A stretch of DNA of 64,000 bases, taken from the NCBI GenBank assembly GCA_964057225.1, contig OZ059900.1, positions 18,414,001 through 18,478,000 of the forward strand. The letters are read 5' to 3'. Origin of the DNA: Auanema rhodensis (taxonomy: Eukaryota; Animalia; Nematoda). Positions 57,805-64,000 of the stretch are shown in pieces. A program made the position numbers and the translations under genes. Under the pieces are notes generated by a model. That model worked only from the letters and a program-made list of their open reading frames with translations, searched no databases and was not told where the DNA came from. Each line of letters opens with the position of its first letter. Positions within the stretch are counted from its first letter, which is position 1.

Positions 57805-60665
57805 CAATTTTGAGCTAGGTTTCATTGACATTGCATGAGTTTGAACACATGAAATCGTAAGTCAAAACCTTGTTTACAGCGAAATTTCCAAAAACTGGTT
57901 TTCCAGCATAATAAAATATTTCTCATGGGAAATACTGTGTTTTTGTATTTTTCTAGTGTTCAGCATGTAAAATGCTTCATTTTAGTATGTAACACGCTGA
58001 AATTCGTTGCATTTGACGACTCATATGAACAAAAATCGATTTAATCAATATTAGCCATAAGGGGCGTGCCCTCAGAATATGCTAATTTCCTTAATTTTCT
58101 AACCCCTGTTTTTTGTCGTGAAAGTGGAACTAGACGTTGTAGGAACAATTTTGAGCTAGGTTTCATTGACATTGCATGAGTTTGAACACATGAAATCGTA
58201 AGTCAAAACCTTGTTTACAGCGAAATTTCCAAAAACTGGTTTTCCAGCATAATAAAATATTTCTCATGGGAAATACTGTGTTTTTGTATTTTTCTAGTGT
58301 TCAGCATGTAAAATGCTTCATTTTAGTATGTAACACGCTGAAATTCGTTGCATTTGACGACTCATATGAACAAAAATCGATTTAATCAATATTAGCCATA
58401 AGGGGCGTGCCCTCAGAATATGCTAATTTCCCAAATTTTCTAACCCCTGTTTTTTTGTCGTGAAAGTGGAACTAGACGTTGTACGAACAATTTTGAGCTA
58501 GGTTTCATTGACATTGCATGAGTTTGAACACATGAAATCGTAAGTCAAAACCTTGTTTACAGCGAAATTTCCAAAAACTGGTTTTCCAGCATAATAAAAT
58601 ATTTCTCATGGGTAAAACTGTGTTTTTGTATTTTTCTAGTGTTCAGCATGTAAAATGCTTCATTTTAGTATGTAACACGCTGAAATTCGTTGCATTTGAC
58701 GACTCATATGAACCAAAATCGATTTAATCAATATTAGCCATAAGGGGCGTGCCCTCAGAATATGCTAATTTCCTAAATTTTCTAACCCCTGTTTTTTTGT
58801 CGTGAAAGTGGAACTAGACGTTGTACGAACAATTTTGAGCTAGGTTTCATTGACATTGCATGAGTTTGAACACATGAAATCGTAAGTCAAAACCTTGTTT
58901 ACAGCGAAATTTCCAAAAACTGGTTTTCCAGCATAATAAAATATTTCTCATGGGAAATACTGTGTTTTTGTATTTTTCTAGTGTTCAGCATGTAAAATGC
59001 TTCATTTTAGTATGTAACACGCTGAAATTCGTTGCATTTGACGACTCATATGAACAAAAATCGATTTAATCAATATTAGCCATAAGGGGCGTGCCCTCAG
59101 AATATGCTAATTTCCTTAATTTTCTAACCCCTGTTTTTTGTCGTGAAAGTGGAACTAGACGTTGTAGGAACAATTTTGAGCTAGGTTTCATTGACATTGC
59201 ATGAGTTTGAACACATGAAATCGTAAGTCAAAACCTTGTTTACAGCGAAATTTCCAAAAACTGGTTTTCCAGCATAATAAAATATTTCTCATGGGAAATA
59301 CTGTGTTTTTGTATTTTTCTAGTGTTCAGCATGTAAAATGCTTCATTTTAGTATGTAACACGCTGAAATTCGTTGCATTTGACGATTCATATGAACAAAA
59401 ATCGATTTAATCAATATTAGCCATAAGGGGCGTGCCCTCAGAATATGCTAATTTCCTAAATTTTCTAACCCCTGTTTTTTTGTCGTGAAAGTGGAACTAG
59501 ACGTTGTACGAACAATTTTGAGCTAGGTTTCATTGACATTGCATGAGTTTGAACACATGAAATCGTAAGTCAAAACCTTGTTTACAGCGAAATTTCCAAA
59601 AACTGGTTTTCCAGCATAATAAAATATTTCTCATGGGAAATACTGTGTTTTTGTATTTTTCTAGTGTTCAGCATGTAAAATGCTTCATTTTAGTATGTAA
59701 CACGCTGAAATTCGTTGCATTTGACGACTCATATGAACAAAAATCGATTTAATCAATATTAGCCATAAGGGGCGTGCCCTCAGAATATGCTAATTTCCTT
59801 AATTTTCTAACCCCTGTTTTTTGTCGTGAAAGTGGAACTAGACGTTGTAGGAACAATTTTGAGCTAGGTTTCATTGACATTGCATGAGTTTGAACACATG
59901 AAATCGTAAGTCAAAACCTTGTTTACAGCGAAATTTCCAAAAACTGGTTTTCCAGCATAATAAAATATTTCTCATGGGAAATACTGTGTTTTTGTATTTT
60001 TCTAGTGTTCAGCATGTAAAATGCTTCATTTTAGTATGTAACACGCTGAAATTCGTTGCATTTGACGACTCATATGAACAAAAATCGATTTAATCAATAT
60101 TAGCCATAAGGGGCGTGCCCTCAGAATATGCTAATTTCCCAAATTTTCTAACCCCTGTTTTTTTGTCGTGAAAGTGGAACTAGACGTTGTACGAACAATT
60201 TTGAGCTAGGTTTCATTGACATTGCATGAGTTTGAACACATGAAATCGTAAGTCAAAACCTTGTTTACAGCGAAATTTCCAAAAACTGGTTTTCCAGCAT
60301 AATAAAATATTTCTCATGGGTAAAACTGTGTTTTTGTATTTTTCTAGTGTTCAGCATGTAAAATGCTTCATTTTAGTATGTAACACGCTGAAATTCGTTG
60401 CATTTGACGACTCATATGAACCAAAATCGATTTAATCAATATTAGCCATAAGGGGCGTGCCCTCAGAATATGCTAATTTCCTAAATTTTCTAACCCCTGT
60501 TTTTTTGTCGTGAAAGTGGAACTAGACGTTGTACGAACAATTTTGAGCTAGGTTTCATTGACATTGCATGAGTTTGAACACATGAAATCGTAAGTCAAAA
60601 CCTTGTTTACAGCGAAATTTCCAAAAACTGGTTTTCCAGCATAATAAAATATTTCTCATGGGAAA
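57805..60665 (-). repeat. 5-mer tandem duplication (1708 bp), about 1.7 copies
   Basis: Private variants TTTCCCAAA (58432/60140), GGGTAAAAC and GAACCAAAA each recur 1708 bp apart. Confidence 0.85.
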
Positions 60666-62500
60666 AACTGTGTTTTTGTATTTTTCTAGTGTTCAGCTTG
60701 TAAAATGCTTCATTTTAGTATGTAACACGCTGAAATTTGTTGCATTTGACGACTCATATGAACAAAAATCGATTTAATCAATATTAGCCATAAGGGGCGT
60801 GCCCTCAGAATATGCTAATTTCCTTAATTTTCTAACCCCTGTTTTTTTGTCGTGAAAGTGGAACTAGACGTTGTACGAACAATTTTGAGCTAGGTTTCAT
60901 TGACATTGCATGAGTTTGAACACATGAAATCGTAAGTCAAAACCTTGTTTACAGCGAAATTTCCAAAAACTGGTTTTCCAGCATAATAAAATATTTCTCA
61001 TGGGAAATACTGTGTTTTTGTATTTTTCTAGTGTTCAGCATGTAAAATGCTCCATTTTAGTATGTAACACGCTGAAATTCGTTGCATTTGACGACTCATA
61101 TGAACAAAAATCGATTTAATCAATATTAGCCATAAGGGGCGTGCCCTCAGAATATGCTAATTTCCTTAATTTTCTAACCCCTGTTTTTTTGTCGTGAAAG
61201 TGGAATTAGACGTTGTAGAACAATTTTGAGCTAGGTTTCATTGACATTGCATGAGTTTGAACACATGAAATCGTAAGTCAAAACCTTGTTTACAGCGAAA
61301 TTTCCAAAAACTGGTTTTCCAGCATAATAAAATATTTCTCATGGGAAATACTGTGTTTTTGTATTTTTATAGTGTTCAGCATGTAAAATACTCCATTTTA
61401 GTATGTAACACGCTGAAATTCGTTGCATTTGACGACTCATATGAACAAAAATCGATTTAATCAATATAAGCCATAAGGGGCGTGCCCTCAGAATATGCTA
61501 ATTTCCTTAATTTTCTAACCCCTGTTTTTTGTCGTGAAAGTGGAACTAGACGTTGTAGGAACAATTTTGAGCTAGGTTTCATTGACATTGCATGAGTTTG
61601 AACACATGAAATCGTAAGTCAAAACCTTGTTTACAGCGAAATTTCCAAAAACTGGTTTTCCAGCATAATAAAATATTTCTCATGGGAAATACTGTGTTTT
61701 TGTATTTTTCTAGTGTTCAGCATGTAAAATACTTCATTTAAGTATGTAACACGCTGAAATTCGTTGCATTTGACGACTCATATGAACAAAAATCGATTTA
61801 ATCAATATTAGCCATAAGGGGCGTGCCCTCAGAATATGCTAATTTCCTTAATTTTCTAACCCCTGTTTTTTTGTCGTGAAAGTGGAATAAGACGTTGTAG
61901 GAACAATTTTGAGCTAGGTTTCATTGACATTGCATGAGTTTGAACACATGAAATCGTAAGTCAAAACCTTGTTTACAGCGAACTTTCCAAAAACTGGTTT
62001 TCCAGCATAATAAAATATTTCTCATGGGAAATACTAAGTTTTTGTATTTTTATAGTGTTCAGCATGTAAAATGCTTCATTTTAGTATGTAACACCCTGAA
62101 ATTCGTTTCATTTGACGACTCATATGAACAAAAATCGATTTAATCAATATTAGCCATAAGGGGCGTGCCCTCAGAATATGCTAATTTCCTTAATTTTCTA
62201 ACCCCTGTTTTTTTGTCGTGAAAGTGGAACTAGACGTTGTAGAAACAATTTTGAGCAAGGTTTCATTGACATTGCATGAGTTTGAACACATGAAATCGTA
62301 AGTCAAAACCTTGTTTACAGCGAACTTTCCAAAAACTGGTTTTCCAGCATAATAAAATATTTCTCATGGGAAATACTGTGTTTTTGTATTTTTATAGTGT
62401 TCAGCATGTAAAATGCTTCATTTTAGTATGTAACACCCTGAAATTCGTTTCATTTGACGACTCATATGAACAAAAATCGATTTAATCAATATTAGCCATA

Positions 62501-62532
62501 AGGGCTTTTCGCTGTAAAATTTCGCTGTAAAC
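62501..62532. other. Right orientation-switch junction (- to +) with short templated duplication
   Basis: AGGG|CT|TTTCGCTGTAAA|A|TTTCGCTGTAAA|C: TTTCGCTGTAAA occurs at 62507-62518 and again at 62520-62531. Confidence 0.95.
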
Positions 62533-64000
62533 AAGGTTTTGACTTACGATTTCATGTGTTCAAACTCATGCAATGTCAATGAAACCTAGCTCAAAATTGT
62601 TCCTACAACGTCTAGTTCCACTTTCACGACAAAAAAACAGGGGTTAGAAAATTAAGGAAATTAGCATATTCTGAGGGCACGCCCTTTATGGCTAATATTG
62701 ATTAAATCGATTTTTGTTCATATGAGTCGTCAAATGCAACGAATTTCAGCGTGTTACATACTAAAATGAAGCATTTTACATGCTGAACACTAGAAAAATA
62801 CAAAAACACAGTATTTCCCATGAGAAATATTTTATTATGCTGGAAAACCAGTTTTTGGAAATTTCGCTGTAAACAAGGTTTTGACTTACGATTTCATGTG
62901 TTCAAACTCATGCAATGTCAATGAAACCTAGCTCAAAATTGTTCGTACAACGTCTAGTTCCACTTCCACGACAAAAAAACAGGGGTTAGAAAATTAAGGA
63001 AATTAGCATATTCTGAGGGCACGCCCCTTATGGCTAATATTGATTAAATCGATTTTTGTTCATATGAGTCGTCAAATGCAACGAATTTCAGCGTGTTACG
63101 TACTAAAATGAAGCATTCTACATGCTGAACACTAGAAAAATACAAAAACACAGTATTTCCCATGAGAAATATTTTATTATGCTGGAAAACCAGTTTTTGG
63201 AAATTTCGCTGTAAACAAGGTTTTGACTTACGATTTCATGTGTTCAAACTCATGCAATGTCAATGAAACCTAGCTCAAAATTGTTCCTACAACGTCTAGT
63301 TCCACTTTCACGACAAAAAAACAGGGGTTAGAAAATTAAGGAAATTAGCATATTCTGAGGGCACGCCCTTTATGGCTAATATTGATTAAATCGATTTTTG
63401 TTCATATGAGTCGTCAAATGCAACGAATTTCAGCGTGTTACATACTAAAATGAAGCATTTTACATGCTGAACACTAGAAAAATACAAAAACACAGTATTT
63501 CCCATGAGAAATATTTTATTATGCTGGAAAACCAGTTTTTGGAAATTTCGCTGTAAACAAGGTTTTGACTTACGATTTCATGTGTTCAAACTCATGCAAT
63601 GTCAATGAAACCTAGCTCAAAATTGTTCGTACAACGTCTAGTTCCACTTTCACGACAAAAAAACAGGGGTTAGAAAATTAAGGAAATTAGCATATTCTGA
63701 GGGCACGCCCCTTATGGCTAATATTGATTAAATCGATTTTTGTTCATATGAGTCGTCAAATGCAACGAATTTCAGCGTGTTACATACTAAAATGAAGCAT
63801 TTTACATGCTGAACACTAGAAAAATACAAAAACACAGTATTTCCCATGAGAAATATTTTATTATGCTGGAAAACCAGTTTTTGGAAATTTCGCTGTAAAC
63901 AAGGTTTTGACTTACGATTTCATGTGTTCAAACTCATGCAATGTCAATGAAACCTAGCTCAAAATTGTTCGTACAACGACTAGTTCCACTTTCACGACAA
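62517..64000 (+). repeat. Right satellite block, forward orientation (about 4.3 monomers visible)
   Basis: AAATTTCGCTGTAAACAAGG at 62517 resumes the forward unit at monomer position 51. The GCCCTTTAT variant at about 62685 and 63369 (684 apart) hints at a dimer pattern. Confidence 0.97.

Larger units (their letters stand above)
2091..62504 (-). repeat. Inverted satellite block, about 60.4 kb (about 177 monomers)
   Basis: From 2091 the sequence reads TTTCATTTTAGTATGTAACACGCTG..., the reverse complement of monomer position about 305 downward. It stays reversed until ...TTAGCCATAAGGG (62504, monomer position about 217). Confidence 0.97.
1..64000. repeat. Tandem satellite DNA array, 342-bp AT-rich monomer (about 187 copies), extends beyond both window edges
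   Basis: CAGTATTTCCCATGAG recurs at 1, 343, 685, 1027, 1369, 1711 and 2053 (period 342). The same unit or its reverse complement fills the window with no foreign sequence. About 115/342 bases are G+C. Confidence 0.99.

Noticed and set aside
2091-62504. Transposon with terminal inverted repeats or recombinase-controlled invertible switch
   Set aside because: No non-satellite sequence, transposase, recombinase or matched recombination sites. The junctions look like end-joining scars.
1-64000. CRISPR array
   Set aside because: Units are near-identical along their whole 342 bp. There are no unique spacers, leader or cas genes.
1-64000. Repetitive protein-coding gene (342 bp = 114 codons)
   Set aside because: Stop triplets are frequent in the AT-rich unit, 1-bp indels are common and tolerated, and the variants show no evident codon pattern. 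I saw no long ORF, though frames were not exhaustively translated.

Overview
The whole 64-kb window is one eukaryotic-type satellite DNA array of about 187 copies of a 342-bp monomer (about 34% GC by hand count, copies differing at only a few positions). I found no genes, RNA genes, transposon insertions or CRISPR spacers. Taking the orientation that reads CAGTATTTCCCATGAG... as '+', the array runs + (1-2090), then - (2091-62504, about 60.4 kb, about 177 monomers), then + again (62517-64000). The interesting content is structural. (i) The monomer phases at the two orientation switches do not fit a simple two-break inversion. The two + flanks are almost contiguous (monomer position 38, then 51), as if a reverse-oriented tract was inserted into one break. 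(ii) The start of the inverted tract mirrors the rare variants of the adjacent + flank. (iii) The right junction carries a templated 12-bp duplication. (iv) An internal deletion removes exactly half a monomer (171 bp), using nearly the same two monomer positions as the right junction. (v) Single-base variants define a patchwork of local higher-order repeats (2-, 3-, 5-, 9- and 17-mers). I cannot identify the species or satellite family from sequence alone, and centromeric or pericentromeric function is inference. All counts were made by eye, and HOR boundaries are approximate.
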